Source: Candidatus Pampinifervens sinense (GTDB lineage: Bacteria > Aquificota > Aquificia > Aquificales > Aquificaceae). From it: a stretch of 64,000 bases of DNA. Every line of letters begins with the position of its first letter. The first letter of the stretch is position 1. Below are positions 18,261 to 28,490 of this stretch, in pieces. Made by a program: the position numbers and the translations under genes. The notes beneath the pieces were generated by a model. It was not told the origin of the DNA. It did no database searches and saw nothing but the letters and a program-made list of their open reading frames with translations. The stretch covers positions 99,710 through 163,709 of the forward strand of contig JAXSPP010000004.1 in the NCBI GenBank assembly GCA_037927135.1. The letters are read 5' to 3'.

Positions 18261-19145
18261 ATGAAGGGGTTTTTTATAGCTCTTCTTTTTATGGTAAGTT
18301 TTAGCTTTGCTACCGATGAGTTTGTAAGGGGTTTGATTGATAAGCTTATGGAAAAGGGGCCAAATGCCTGGTGGTGGGACAAAAGATGGTGGGAGGAGGG
18401 CTATATAGAGAACTTGCCAAACTATAAGGTGCGCACAGAGACAGTGGTAGTGAAGAAAAAGGATGTGGAGATCCCAGTCTATGTGTACAGGCCCGACGAT
18501 GATAAGGCCTATCCTGGAGTTCTCTTTATCCATGGAAGGAGGGGCCTTGATGAACTTTTCCAGCTTCATGCAAAAAGGCTGGCAAGCAAAGGCTTTGTTG
18601 TGGTGGCACCAGACCTATACACAGGCAGGCTCATACCTCAGTTCCCCATAGAACATGATCCTATTGTAGAGGAAGACCTTGATGCGGTGCTTTTGTATGC
18701 GGTAAACAGGAAGGATATTAAGAACGGAAAGTTGTGTGCCTATGGTCTTACAAGGGGAGGCTACTATGGTATAAGGCTTTTAGTGACATACAAAAGGCAA
18801 GAAAAAGAAATAGTGTGTTTTGTTGCTTATTATCCACATATGCAAAATCCTAACGCTCCAGAACCGGAGCAGGTTTACAGATATGCCCCAGAATGGGAAA
18901 GCTTGAAGATACCTACATTGATACTGGTGGGTGAAAACGAACAGTATCAAAGGATAAGGCCCGCTTTAGTTGCGGTTGATCATCTCAAAGCCAAAGGCGT
19001 GCCCATATGGATAGTAGTATACCCTGGTGTGGGCAGAGGCTTTGACTTCAGACTTGACAGAAGAACCTTTGCCGATGACCTTGCCGCAAAGGATGCCCTA
19101 ATAAGGGCTTCCCTCTTTATGAAGAGGTATCTTGAGGGGAAATAG
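18261..19145 (+). CDS. Exported dienelactone-hydrolase-like alpha/beta hydrolase with atypical triad
   Basis: Signal peptide; PGVLFIHG, LASKGFVVVAPDLY, GLTRGG, YPGVGRGF. Confidence 0.8.
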   Translation: MKGFFIALLFMVSFSFATDEFVRGLIDKLMEKGPNAWWWDKRWWEEGYIENLPNYKVRTETVVVKKKDVEIPVYVYRPDDDKAYPGVLFIHGRRGLDELFQLHAKRLASKGFVVVAPDLYTGRLIPQFPIEHDPIVEEDLDAVLLYAVNRKDIKNGKLCAYGLTRGGYYGIRLLVTYKRQEKEIVCFVAYYPHMQNPNAPEPEQVYRYAPEWESLKIPTLILVGENEQYQRIRPALVAVDHLKAKGVPIWIVVYPGVGRGFDFRLDRRTFADDLAAKDALIRASLFMKRYLEGK

Positions 19146-19550
19146 GGTACTTTTTTCAGAGTAAAGCATCTCCAAAGCCCTTTTAAATATCTCCTTGTCT
19201 CCCTTGTATTTTAAAAGCCTCTTTGCCTCCTCCAGGGGGAAAAACTTGGCCTCCTTTACTTCCCAGGAGGGCCTTGGCTCACCCTCCAGGTACTCCATAA
19301 GATAAAAAAGCACCTTTTTCCTTATCCTTTCTCCCTCCCTCATATACCAGTATCTTATCTCGCCAATAGGTGCAATTATTTTCCCTTTCACCCCCGTCTC
19401 CTCAAACACCTCCCTTATGGCCGTCTCTTCTGGTTTTTCTCCAGCCTCCACAAGCCCTTTGGGAAAGGTCCAAACGTCCGATGGATTCTTTATAAGAAGG
19501 ACCTCTCCATTTTTCAAAAGCACACCACCTGCCGAAAACTCCTCCCTCAT
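19098..19550 (-). CDS. NUDIX hydrolase (Ap4A hydrolase-like)
   Basis: SAGGV, FPKGLVEAGEKPEETAIREVFEETG Nudix box. Confidence 0.92.
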   Translation of the reverse strand: MREEFSAGGVLLKNGEVLLIKNPSDVWTFPKGLVEAGEKPEETAIREVFEETGVKGKIIAPIGEIRYWYMREGERIRKKVLFYLMEYLEGEPRPSWEVKEAKFFPLEEAKRLLKYKGDKEIFKRALEMLYSEKSTLFPLKIPLHKEGSPY

Positions 19551-20164
19551 GGCACCACCTCTACCTTACCCCTTGATATCACCTTACCTCTCAATATCTT
19601 CTCATCCCTTTTAATCCTTATTACCTTTCCAACAGTACCTGTATCTACAGCTATAGCCTGAAAGCTTATCTCTATAGCACCGCTTTTGAAGATGGCTTCC
19701 ACCACATCCCCCGCCCTGACCGCCGGCAACTCTCTTAGCAAGGACCTTCTCAGCATGGTCCCTTTCACTATCCTTGTGGAGGCAACAAAGTTTTCCAACT
19801 CTTCTTGGCTTAGCCTCAGGTCCGATGGGACGCTTCTCATAAACCTCTCTTCCACTCTAAAAAGATCTGGGTTTATAGGCGTGCCTTTCTCTATGTCTTC
19901 CTTTGCCACAAAGACCCTAACCTTCCACAAAGCATCTATAATGGCTTGATACTTCTCATCCCCAGAATAGATATAAGCAACCATCCTGCTTTTACCATAC
20001 TCCATATCCAGCTCAATCTTATCAACCTTTTCTACCTTACCGATGATCTTTACCTTGTTGACTTTAACCAAGTCTCCAAACCTTTTATAGACCTCTTCCT
20101 CCACAAGCTTTTCTACTTTCCCAAAGCAAAGGCTTGCAAGCAAAAAGAGGCTAAGTAGCCACAT
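19547..20164 (-). CDS. flgA: Flagellar P-ring chaperone FlgA
   Basis: Signal peptide, SAF domain VAKEDIEKG, VRAGDVV, G.VGKVIRI. Confidence 0.85.
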   Translation of the reverse strand: MWLLSLFLLASLCFGKVEKLVEEEVYKRFGDLVKVNKVKIIGKVEKVDKIELDMEYGKSRMVAYIYSGDEKYQAIIDALWKVRVFVAKEDIEKGTPINPDLFRVEERFMRSVPSDLRLSQEELENFVASTRIVKGTMLRRSLLRELPAVRAGDVVEAIFKSGAIEISFQAIAVDTGTVGKVIRIKRDEKILRGKVISRGKVEVVP

Positions 20165-20834
20165 CCATAGCCTTCATAAGCTCCCTTATCAGCGTGGCCG
20201 GCTCTACCTCCTTTGGACACACAAGGTTGCATTTATTACAAGAAAGGCAGTGGTAAAGATTTCCTTCCTTTATGGCCTGAAGGGCTCTCAGATCCTTTTC
20301 TTCTTCCCTTGGATCCTCATAAAACCTGTAAAGCTTGGCAAAGAAGAGAGGTCCAGCATACTTTTCTTCCAGAACCTGTGGACAGTAAGCCTGACAGGAA
20401 AGGCATAAAATACAGTCGGCGGAACTTTCTATCCTTTTGCTCACCTCTGGTGGTATGCGTGGGTCCTTGGACTTTTCCTTTATCCAAAGGCGCATATCCT
20501 TCATCTTTCTGATGACCTTTTCGTTGTCCACCACAAGGTCCCTTATGACTTCAAAGTTCTTGAGGGGTTCTACGGTAATCTCCTCACCAAAAAGCACATA
20601 GGGCAATACTTGTTCTTTGCAGGCAAGCTTTGGAAAGCCGTTCACCATAAGGGCACAAGTTCCGCATATACCGGCCCTGCAAAAGTGTCTAAAGCTCAAG
20701 GTTGGGTCCATTTCTTCCTTTATCCTCTGTAGGGCCATAAGAAGGGTCATGCCCTCTTCATAAGGAACTTGAAAGCTCTGGTAGTATGGTTTTCCCTTTT
20801 CTTCCTGCCTTCTAATTTTCAGCCTTAGAACCAT
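20151..20834 (-). CDS. frdB: Fumarate reductase/succinate dehydrogenase Fe-S subunit
   Basis: CRAGICGTC, LAC, CILCLSCQAYCP, CLSCNKCNLVCP. Confidence 0.9.
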   Translation of the reverse strand: MVLRLKIRRQEEKGKPYYQSFQVPYEEGMTLLMALQRIKEEMDPTLSFRHFCRAGICGTCALMVNGFPKLACKEQVLPYVLFGEEITVEPLKNFEVIRDLVVDNEKVIRKMKDMRLWIKEKSKDPRIPPEVSKRIESSADCILCLSCQAYCPQVLEEKYAGPLFFAKLYRFYEDPREEEKDLRALQAIKEGNLYHCLSCNKCNLVCPKEVEPATLIRELMKAMDVAT

Positions 20835-20862
20835 GAGTAAATAATGTATGCTATTCTATATG

Positions 20863-22038
20863 ATGGTCAAGCACTTTGAAAGTAGGGATGCCTTTTACAG
20901 ATTTCTTAAGGAAAAAGTAGGAATATTCTTTAGAGAAGCTTACGATAGGGCTTTTGAAGGTGTTTTTCATGTTATATATCTAAAAAATGTAAAGCCAGAA
21001 ATGCTTTTCCCTTTGGCAAAGCAGGCTTGCCTTCATGCTTTTTATGGAGAGGGTGGCTTTGTGCTTTGTGGCTCTGAGGCAAAGATAAGGGATTTTTGCT
21101 CCCTTCTCGTAAAAGAGGATAAGGCCCTTGCCTTTGAAATACTTCAAAGGCTTCAAAACTACCGAAAAAGGTCCTTTAAGATACAGTATAACCAAAAGAT
21201 ATTACCACTGGGAATAAAAACGGCCATAATGGGCGTGCTTAACGTTACACCGGACTCTTTTTCCGATGGAGGGCTGTATTTGAAGCCTTCTGAGGCGGTA
21301 AAAAGGGCTGTGCAGATGGCAGAGGAGGGAGCTGATATAATAGATATTGGAGGGGAGTCTACAAGGCCGGGCTCCCAAAGGATAGGAGTGCAAGAGGAGC
21401 TAGAAAGGGTTTTACCCGTTTTAAGGGAAGTAAGAAAAGAGCTTCCAAAGGTTTGGATATCTATAGATACCTATAAGGCTCAGGTGGCAGAAGCTTGCCT
21501 TCAAGAGGGTGCGGACATGATAAACGATATTAGCGGTGGAACCTTTGACCCTAATATGTATAACGTGGTGGCCAAATACAACTGCCCTTATGTGATAACA
21601 CACATTAAAGGTAGGCCAGAAACATGGAAGGAGATGCCTATAGTTTATGAGGATGTGATGGAGGAGATCATCCTTTGGTTTGAAGAAAGGTTAAGGGCCC
21701 TTAAGGAATCAGGCTATAAGGGTCAAGCCATCCTTGATCCAGGTATAGGTTTTGGAAAGCTTCCAGAACATAATGTAGAAATATTAAAGAGGTTTGATGA
21801 ACTCCGACTCTTTGGCCTTCCTTTGCTTGTAGGGGTTTCAAGAAAGTCCTTTATAGGTCTTATTATAGAGGGACTATTAAAGAGGAAAACGGAGCCAAAA
21901 GAGAGGCTTTATGGAAGCCTTGGAGCTTTAGCGCCAGCGGTGATAAAAGGTGCCCACATAGTGAGGGTTCATGATGTTAAAGAGACCCGTGAGTTTTTGG
22001 CCTTGCTTGATACGGTGAGGACCTATGGTGAATTTTGA
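20863..22038 (+). CDS. folP: Dihydropteroate synthase with N-terminal extension
   Basis: MGVLNVTPDSFSDGG, GGESTRPG, DPGIGFGK, SRKSFI, RVHDV. Confidence 0.95.
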   Translation: MVKHFESRDAFYRFLKEKVGIFFREAYDRAFEGVFHVIYLKNVKPEMLFPLAKQACLHAFYGEGGFVLCGSEAKIRDFCSLLVKEDKALAFEILQRLQNYRKRSFKIQYNQKILPLGIKTAIMGVLNVTPDSFSDGGLYLKPSEAVKRAVQMAEEGADIIDIGGESTRPGSQRIGVQEELERVLPVLREVRKELPKVWISIDTYKAQVAEACLQEGADMINDISGGTFDPNMYNVVAKYNCPYVITHIKGRPETWKEMPIVYEDVMEEIILWFEERLRALKESGYKGQAILDPGIGFGKLPEHNVEILKRFDELRLFGLPLLVGVSRKSFIGLIIEGLLKRKTEPKERLYGSLGALAPAVIKGAHIVRVHDVKETREFLALLDTVRTYGEF

Positions 22039-22789
22039 TCTTTTTAGGATCATATCTTGGAAAGACCTTGTGGATATACTAGCGGTCTCTTTGTTCTTTT
22101 ATAGCATACTATACTTTCTGAGGATAACGAGGGGCTTTCAAATATTCAAAGGTCTGGGTGTGCTTGCAGTTTTTTGGCTCCTTGCCGAGCTTTTAGAGCT
22201 TAACACCCTCTCTTGGATATTTGAGAAACTTTGGACTATAGGCCTTTTCTCCCTTGTGGTCATCTTTCAACCGGAGATAAGAAAAGCCCTAAGTAGGCTA
22301 GGTCAGAGGACTGGTGTTTCCATGATAAAGCCTGTAGGAGAAAGGGTTGTGGACAGGGTTGTAAGGGCTTGTTCTTTTCTTTCCGAAAGGCAGATAGGCG
22401 GGCTGATAGTTATAGAAAGGGGGCAAAGTGTGGATGGATTGGTGGAAGGCTGTGTTCTCATTGACAGCCTTGTTTCCGTTGAACTTCTTATCACCATATT
22501 CAATCCTCTGTCCCCTCTCCACGATGGAGCTGTGGTGATAAGAGGAGACAGAATTGTCTATGCTTCCTGTATACTTCCCCTTTCTAGGTCTGCTAAACTT
22601 CCAAAAAAATATGGAACAAGGCATAGGGCAGCTCTTGGCATATCTGAAGAGAGTGATGCTTTGTGCGTGGTAGTTTCCGAAGAGACGGGAGAGATCTCAC
22701 TGGCTGTAGACGGCAAACTTCAGAGGAATTTAGATCCAGAGATGTTAAGAACATTGCTTATGAAGGAGCTGAGGTTGGAAAATGCTTAA
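22025..22789 (+). CDS. cdaA: Diadenylate cyclase CdaA
   Basis: Three TMs, FQPEIR, LHDGA, GTRHRAA, SEETG. Confidence 0.95.
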   Translation: MVNFDLFRIISWKDLVDILAVSLFFYSILYFLRITRGFQIFKGLGVLAVFWLLAELLELNTLSWIFEKLWTIGLFSLVVIFQPEIRKALSRLGQRTGVSMIKPVGERVVDRVVRACSFLSERQIGGLIVIERGQSVDGLVEGCVLIDSLVSVELLITIFNPLSPLHDGAVVIRGDRIVYASCILPLSRSAKLPKKYGTRHRAALGISEESDALCVVVSEETGEISLAVDGKLQRNLDPEMLRTLLMKELRLENA

Positions 22790-23168
22790 GGATCTTCTTT
22801 TAAAGGACTGGCAATATAAGCTTTTAGCTCTTTTCATGGGCTTTAGTCTGTGGTTCATCCTAAACTTTGGTGGAAAGGTCCCTATAAGCTTAGAAAAAAG
22901 CGTAGAGATTTTCAATCCTAGAGATGGCTATACATACAGGTTAGAAAGAAGAAAGATAAAGCTAAAGCTGAAGGTTATGGAAAGGTTTGCCTCCGAGGAG
23001 ATGTTGGAGAAGATTACTGTTGGTGTAGATGTGGGAGGACTTAGTGAAGGTGAGTATGTGCTTAAGGTGGAAGTAAGAAATATGCCAAAGTTTATAGTAT
23101 CTATGGAAAAGTTAGAACCAGAATATGTAAAGGTGAAGGTTATAAAAGCCCCCAACAGGGGGCCATAA
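22782..23168 (+). CDS. Short CdaR/YbbR-like protein
   Basis: KDWQYKLLALFMGFSLW anchor; VDVGGLSEGEY; immediately follows cdaA. Confidence 0.7.
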   Translation: MLKDLLLKDWQYKLLALFMGFSLWFILNFGGKVPISLEKSVEIFNPRDGYTYRLERRKIKLKLKVMERFASEEMLEKITVGVDVGGLSEGEYVLKVEVRNMPKFIVSMEKLEPEYVKVKVIKAPNRGP

Positions 23169-23171
23169 GGC

Positions 23172-23516
23172 TTATCCGCAAGAGAAGGAGCTACCGCAAC
23201 CGCACGTACCTGTAACGTTAGGATTCCTTATGGTAAAGCCACCACCCATAAAGTCCATTACATAGTCAAGCTCTGCGTTGTTCACATAGGGCATAGAAAA
23301 CTGATCTATGACTATCTTTAGATTACCAAATTCAAAAACGTTATCTCCCTCTTCTATAGTATCATCAAAGCCCATAGCATATTGAAAGCCAGAGCATCCT
23401 CCAGGCACAACCCTTATCCTAAGTATAGGGTCTGTTATATTGTTCTCCTGGGCTATTCTAAGCACCTCTTGAACAGCCTTTTCTGTAGCATAAAAGTTAA
23501 AACCCACCTTTTGCAT
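23172..23516 (-). CDS. iscA: A-type Fe-S carrier (IscA/ErpA/HesB)
   Basis: GGCSGFQY, NPN, CGCGSSF. Confidence 0.92.
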   Translation of the reverse strand: MQKVGFNFYATEKAVQEVLRIAQENNITDPILRIRVVPGGCSGFQYAMGFDDTIEEGDNVFEFGNLKIVIDQFSMPYVNNAELDYVMDFMGGGFTIRNPNVTGTCGCGSSFSCG

Positions 23517-23587
23517 AATCATCACCTCCTTACGCAAATTTTGGTTTAATAATAATTCCAGGATAATTTTTTTCAATATGACCAGGC

Positions 23588-24019
23588 TCATGGAGCTTTT
23601 GCTTCTACATTGTGTATTATCCAGTATATCAAGCCTAAGGCGATAAGGACAGCGGATAAAGAAAGTAGCTCCATGAATTTCTCTGGAGATAAAGATAGTA
23701 TCAAAACCTTTCTTATTACTGCTGCAAGAGCTACCCCTACGAAAACCTTAATGCTTACCGGACTACCTCTTATATGTTTGACTTCCTCAGCAAGTAGTTC
23801 AGATATAGCGTATAGGATAAGCACAGATCCAAGTATGCTTAGGCCTCCTTTTTCCAGAGGCAACAAGCCTTTTATAACTAGATAGAACTCATAAACTATC
23901 CATACTACTAGGAAAAAGCCTACGATGGATAAAGTGGCTACGATAAAGATATCAAAGAGCTATGATACAATTTTTATGATGTTCAGCAGTAATCTTTGCT
24001 TCTCTCCTAAGCCTTCCAT
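23588..24019 (-). pseudogene. PsiE-family membrane protein interrupted by in-frame TAG at codon 20 (23960-23962)
   Basis: [39 protein letters not shown]... continues in the same frame to VGVALAAVIRKVL. Confidence 0.7.
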
Positions 24020-24034
24020 GAATATAATATTAGC

Positions 24035-24595
24035 ATGCCCATAGACAAAGAAAAGATAAAGCAGGCCATTAGGCTTTTTTTGGAAGGAATAGGAGAGGAT
24101 CCGGATAGGGAAGGCCTCAGAGAAACACCCGATAGGGTAGCCCGTATGTGGGAAGAGTTTGAAAGGCAAAGGGAATTTGACTTTAAGCTCTTTGAAGAGT
24201 TTGGCTCTTACAACGAAATGATACTTGTAAAGGATATAAACATATACTCTTTATGCGAGCACCACCTTCTACCCTTTTTTGGTAAAGCTCATATTGCCTA
24301 TATACCAGATGGTATTATCTGTGGACTTTCCAAGCTTGTAAGAACTGTGCGGGCCTTTGCTCTGAGGCCTCAGGTGCAAGAGAGGCTTACAAACCAAATT
24401 GCAGACTTTCTTATGGAACAGCTAAAGCCAAAAGGTGTGGCTGTAGTTTTGGAGATGGAGCATCTTTGTATGTCCATGAGGGGGGTGATGTCTCCGGGCC
24501 ATCTAACGGTTACATCAGCCCTCAGGGGTGTTTTTCTCAGCGACCTTAGGACAAGGGAAGAGTTCCTCAAGCTTATAGGAAAACAGGTATTATGA
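24035..24595 (+). CDS. folE: GTP cyclohydrolase I
   Basis: [35 protein letters not shown]. Confidence 0.97.
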   Translation: MPIDKEKIKQAIRLFLEGIGEDPDREGLRETPDRVARMWEEFERQREFDFKLFEEFGSYNEMILVKDINIYSLCEHHLLPFFGKAHIAYIPDGIICGLSKLVRTVRAFALRPQVQERLTNQIADFLMEQLKPKGVAVVLEMEHLCMSMRGVMSPGHLTVTSALRGVFLSDLRTREEFLKLIGKQVL

Positions 24596-25374
24596 AGGTC
24601 TGTCTAGTGGCAGGTGCTGGAGAACTTCCTAGGGTTTTTTTAAGAAAAGCAAAGGAAAAGGGCTCTGAAGTCTATGTAATAGGTGTAAAGGGCATAACAG
24701 ATATTCCCGCCGATGAATACATACCTTTAGGAAAGGTGGGAAGGCTCATAAGAATCCTTGAAAGACAGGGGATTAATAAGATAGTTATGCTGGGCAAGTT
24801 TGAGCACAGCTTGATCTTTTCACACCTTTTGACCCTTGATGAGGTAGCACTTAAGATATTTCAAAAAGCCAAAGACAGGAAGCCTCAGACCCTTATAAAG
24901 GTGCTTATAGAGGAGTTAGAATCTATGGGCTTTGAATTTCCAGATCCAAGGCCCTTTCTAGAAGATCTTTTGGCACCAGCGGGCAGGATATCTTCCGTTG
25001 ACCCTTCTCCCTCAGCCATGGAGGATGGCCTTTGGGGCTTTCCAATAGCAAAGGAGATAGCAAGCCTTGATATAGGTCAGACTATTGTGGTAAAGGATAA
25101 GGCGGTGGTAAGTGTGGAGGCTATGGAGGGCACGCAGAAGGCTATAGAAAGGGCGGGTCAGGTGGCAGGAAAGGGTTGCAGAGTTATAAAGGTGGCAAGA
25201 AAAAGTCAAGATTTTAGGATAGATGTGCCGACGGTGGGACCTAAAACCATTGAAATAATAAGGAAGATAAAAGGAGATGCCCTTTTTTTGGAAGCTGGAA
25301 AGGTTTATGTGCTTGAGAGAGAAAGGCTCCAAAAGCTTGCAGATAGATACGGCATAGCCGTCTATGGACTTTGA
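24592..25374 (+). CDS. lpxI: UDP-2,3-diacylglucosamine pyrophosphatase
   Basis: [29 protein letters not shown]. Confidence 0.92.
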   Translation: MKVCLVAGAGELPRVFLRKAKEKGSEVYVIGVKGITDIPADEYIPLGKVGRLIRILERQGINKIVMLGKFEHSLIFSHLLTLDEVALKIFQKAKDRKPQTLIKVLIEELESMGFEFPDPRPFLEDLLAPAGRISSVDPSPSAMEDGLWGFPIAKEIASLDIGQTIVVKDKAVVSVEAMEGTQKAIERAGQVAGKGCRVIKVARKSQDFRIDVPTVGPKTIEIIRKIKGDALFLEAGKVYVLERERLQKLADRYGIAVYGL

Positions 25375-27011
25375 AGGAAAAAGTCAATAGCTTCCCTTGG
25401 ACTTCCCTCAAAGACCATCCTACCCTCTTTGAAGACAACCACTCTGTCGCACCTTAAAAGGTTTGAAAACCTGTGTGCTACTATAACAAAGGTTTTATCT
25501 CGGAAGTGCTCAAAGAGGTTGTTTAAAACCTCCTCTTCTTTCTTTGCATCAAGGGCCGATGTGGCTTCATCAAGGAGTATTATCTCTGGAGATTTTAAAA
25601 AAAGTCTTGCAATAGCAAGCCTTTGTTTTTCTCCTCCGGAGAGACTTTTAGGATCAATACGTTGATCAAGGCTTTTTACAAAATCGCATCCTGCTAACCT
25701 TAAAGCCTTCCAAAGATCTTCTTCTCCTTTTTCTACAATGAGATTCTCCCTTACCGTTCCAGGGAATATGAAGGGCTCCTGAGAGAGGAAAAGTATGATT
25801 TCCCTTAAGTCTTCTTTCTTTATTTTGCTTAACTCAACGCCGTCTATCTTTAAGCTCCCTTCATAGGGTAAAAGTCCCGCAAGCACCCTAAGAAAGGTGC
25901 TTTTTCCAGAGCCCGTATCGCCCATTATACCAAGCTTTTCCCCTTTCAATATAGAAAGGTTCACATCCCTCAAAAGCTCCTTTCCGTTTATTTGAACATA
26001 TAACCTTTCTGCCCTAATACCTTCCTTTATACCTTTCAGAGGAACTTCTCCTTCCTTCTCTTCCTCAAGGTTTAGAAGGTCCCTTATCCTTTTTATTACA
26101 GGCAGAGAGGACTTTAGCTCCATAAAGCCCTTTTGCATCTCCACAAGAGGATTTTGTAAGAAGACAAGGGCTGTTATGTACGATATGAAATCTCCCGGTG
26201 TTAGTCCACCCTCCGCTATCCTATAACTACCATAGAGTATAACAAGGGCCGCCACCAGGTATCCAAAGGTGTAGTTGAATACAGAATTGAGGGCAAAATA
26301 GGCCTCAGACTTTAAACTGGATCTAAAAAGAATACTGTTTAATTGAGTAAACAAACCTTCAAAGAGCTTTGTAGCCTTCAGACCCCTTATGGTTTCAAAG
26401 CCAGAAAAGGAGCTAAAAAGTCTGTCTGCCACGCCTGCATAACTTTCCTGCGTCCTTTTGATATGCTTTCCTCTCTTTCTTCCAAAGTACCTGATGGCAA
26501 ATATAAGTATAGGTATGAGAAGGGCGAGGTTTAGTGTAAGAAGCCAATCTCTGTAAAAGAGAACGCCTACTAAGAAGATGACGGTGATGGGATCCCTTAT
26601 CACCTTGGGTGCGTAGAACCCAATTAGGTTTCTATAGAGGTTCATGTCGGATATTATCCTTGAAGCAAGCTCACCTGGAGAGAGTCCAAGGAAGGTAGAA
26701 TACTCTGCCTTAAGAAGCTTTCTAAAAGCTTCTTCTCTTAGCCTTTTGAGTTCAAGCTCCGTATACAAGGCCGAGAAAAAGGATGTGGTAAAATTGCCTA
26801 CCTGTGAAAGTATGACAAAGGACATAAGACCGATGACTATCTTAAGTATCTCTTCCTTTTCTTTAAGAAGAAAAACTCTATCTACCAAGGATTTTATCAA
26901 GAAGCTTACCCCCGCCGTACCGCTAGCTTCTAACAGAGATCCTATAAGGCTGAGCAGTAAAAAAGGCCAATAGGTTTTAAGCCGAAAAAAAACCCACTTG
27001 ATATGCTCCAT
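25362..27011 (-). CDS. ABC exporter, fused TMD-NBD (MsbA-like)
   Basis: GDTGSGKS, LSGGEKQR, LLDEATSALD, AHR. Confidence 0.9.
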   Translation of the reverse strand: MEHIKWVFFRLKTYWPFLLLSLIGSLLEASGTAGVSFLIKSLVDRVFLLKEKEEILKIVIGLMSFVILSQVGNFTTSFFSALYTELELKRLREEAFRKLLKAEYSTFLGLSPGELASRIISDMNLYRNLIGFYAPKVIRDPITVIFLVGVLFYRDWLLTLNLALLIPILIFAIRYFGRKRGKHIKRTQESYAGVADRLFSSFSGFETIRGLKATKLFEGLFTQLNSILFRSSLKSEAYFALNSVFNYTFGYLVAALVILYGSYRIAEGGLTPGDFISYITALVFLQNPLVEMQKGFMELKSSLPVIKRIRDLLNLEEEKEGEVPLKGIKEGIRAERLYVQINGKELLRDVNLSILKGEKLGIMGDTGSGKSTFLRVLAGLLPYEGSLKIDGVELSKIKKEDLREIILFLSQEPFIFPGTVRENLIVEKGEEDLWKALRLAGCDFVKSLDQRIDPKSLSGGEKQRLAIARLFLKSPEIILLDEATSALDAKKEEEVLNNLFEHFRDKTFVIVAHRFSNLLRCDRVVVFKEGRMVFEGSPREAIDFFLQSP

Positions 27012-27038
27012 TGAAAAGACTATTTTATTAGAAAAACC

Positions 27039-27278
27039 ATGATAAGATGGCTAGTAGGCATAACTGTGGCCTTTTTGATCATAGACCACCTTTGGGTGCA
27101 CTATGGTGGACCTATTATAGAGAAGTGGAGGGGGGAGTATAGGGAGGAGTTAAAAAAGGGTGGCGGTGAGGAGGTTCAAGTGCCCTTAGAGCAAGCCTAC
27201 AGAAAGAGTATTTTGGATAGTCTTTGGGAAAGGATAAGAGAAGTTATAAGGAAGGATGATAAAAAGGAAGGAGGTTAG
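27039..27278 (+). CDS. Small membrane-anchored hypothetical protein
   Basis: N-terminal TM; 3 bp upstream of ribBA. Confidence 0.65.
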   Translation: MIRWLVGITVAFLIIDHLWVHYGGPIIEKWRGEYREELKKGGGEEVQVPLEQAYRKSILDSLWERIREVIRKDDKKEGG

Positions 27279-27281
27279 AAG

Positions 27282-28490
27282 ATGGAGTTCAAGTTCAACA
27301 CTATTGAAGAGGCCCTAGAAGACATAGCACAGGGTAAGATGGTCATAGTGGTGGATGACCCCGACAGAGAAAACGAAGGTGATCTTGTTATGGCTGCCGA
27401 AAAGGTAACTCCAGAGGCTATAAACTTTATGGCAAAGTACGCAAGGGGCTTGATATGCCTTACCTTAACACCCCAAAGGTGCGAGGAGCTTGATCTGTAC
27501 CCTATGGCCATAAGGAACACAGACCCTAAGGGTACCTACTTTTGCGTTTCCATAGATGCTCACCCCAGGTTTGGGACCACCACAGGTATATCGGCCTACG
27601 ATAGGGCTATAACCATAAAGCTAGCTGTAAGTCCAGATGCAAAGCCTAGCGATTTCATAAGGCCAGGGCATGTTTTTCCCCTTAAGGCTAGGCCAGGTGG
27701 AGTTCTAGAGAGGGCTGGCCACACAGAGGCAAGCGTAGATCTGGCAAGGCTTGCTGGACTTTATCCTGCTGGTGTCATATGTGAGATAATGAAGGATGAT
27801 GGTACTATGGCCAGGCTTCCCGATCTTATGGAGTTTGCCAAGAGGTTTAATCTCAAGATAATAACCATAGCGGACCTGATAAGATACAGGCTAAGAAGGG
27901 AAAGGCTTGTGGTAAGGGAGGCAAGCGCCAACCTGCCTACAAAGTATGGCTTCTTTAGAATACACGCCTACAGGCATGTGCTTACAGGTGAAGAGCAGGT
28001 AGCCCTTACCATGGGTGAATGGAAGGAGGAAGAGCCTGTGCTTGTAAGGGTTCATTCTGAGTGCTTGACTGGTGATGTTTTCAAGTCTTTAAGGTGTGAT
28101 TGTAGATCACAGTTGGAGTCTGCTATGGAAGCCATTGCTAAAGAGGGTAAAGGTGTGCTCGTGTATATACGCGGGCATGAGGGAAGAGGTATAGGAATAG
28201 TCAATAAGATAAAGGCATATCAGTTGCAGGATATGGGTTATGATACGGTGGAGGCAAACGAGAAGATAGGCTATCCACCAGACCTTAGGGATTATGGTAT
28301 AGGCGCACAGATACTTTTGGATTTGGGTGTGAGAAAGATGAGGTTGCTTACCAACAATCCTAGAAAGATAGTGGCCCTTGAAGGATACGGTTTGGAGGTG
28401 GTTGAAAGAGTTCCTCTAAAAGTGCCAGCCTGCGAACACAATCAAAGGTATTTGGAGACTAAAAGGGACAAGCTAGGACATCTACTCTAA
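27282..28490 (+). CDS. ribBA: Bifunctional DHBP synthase / GTP cyclohydrolase II
   Basis: [35 protein letters not shown]. Confidence 0.97.
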   Translation: MEFKFNTIEEALEDIAQGKMVIVVDDPDRENEGDLVMAAEKVTPEAINFMAKYARGLICLTLTPQRCEELDLYPMAIRNTDPKGTYFCVSIDAHPRFGTTTGISAYDRAITIKLAVSPDAKPSDFIRPGHVFPLKARPGGVLERAGHTEASVDLARLAGLYPAGVICEIMKDDGTMARLPDLMEFAKRFNLKIITIADLIRYRLRRERLVVREASANLPTKYGFFRIHAYRHVLTGEEQVALTMGEWKEEEPVLVRVHSECLTGDVFKSLRCDCRSQLESAMEAIAKEGKGVLVYIRGHEGRGIGIVNKIKAYQLQDMGYDTVEANEKIGYPPDLRDYGIGAQILLDLGVRKMRLLTNNPRKIVALEGYGLEVVERVPLKVPACEHNQRYLETKRDKLGHLL

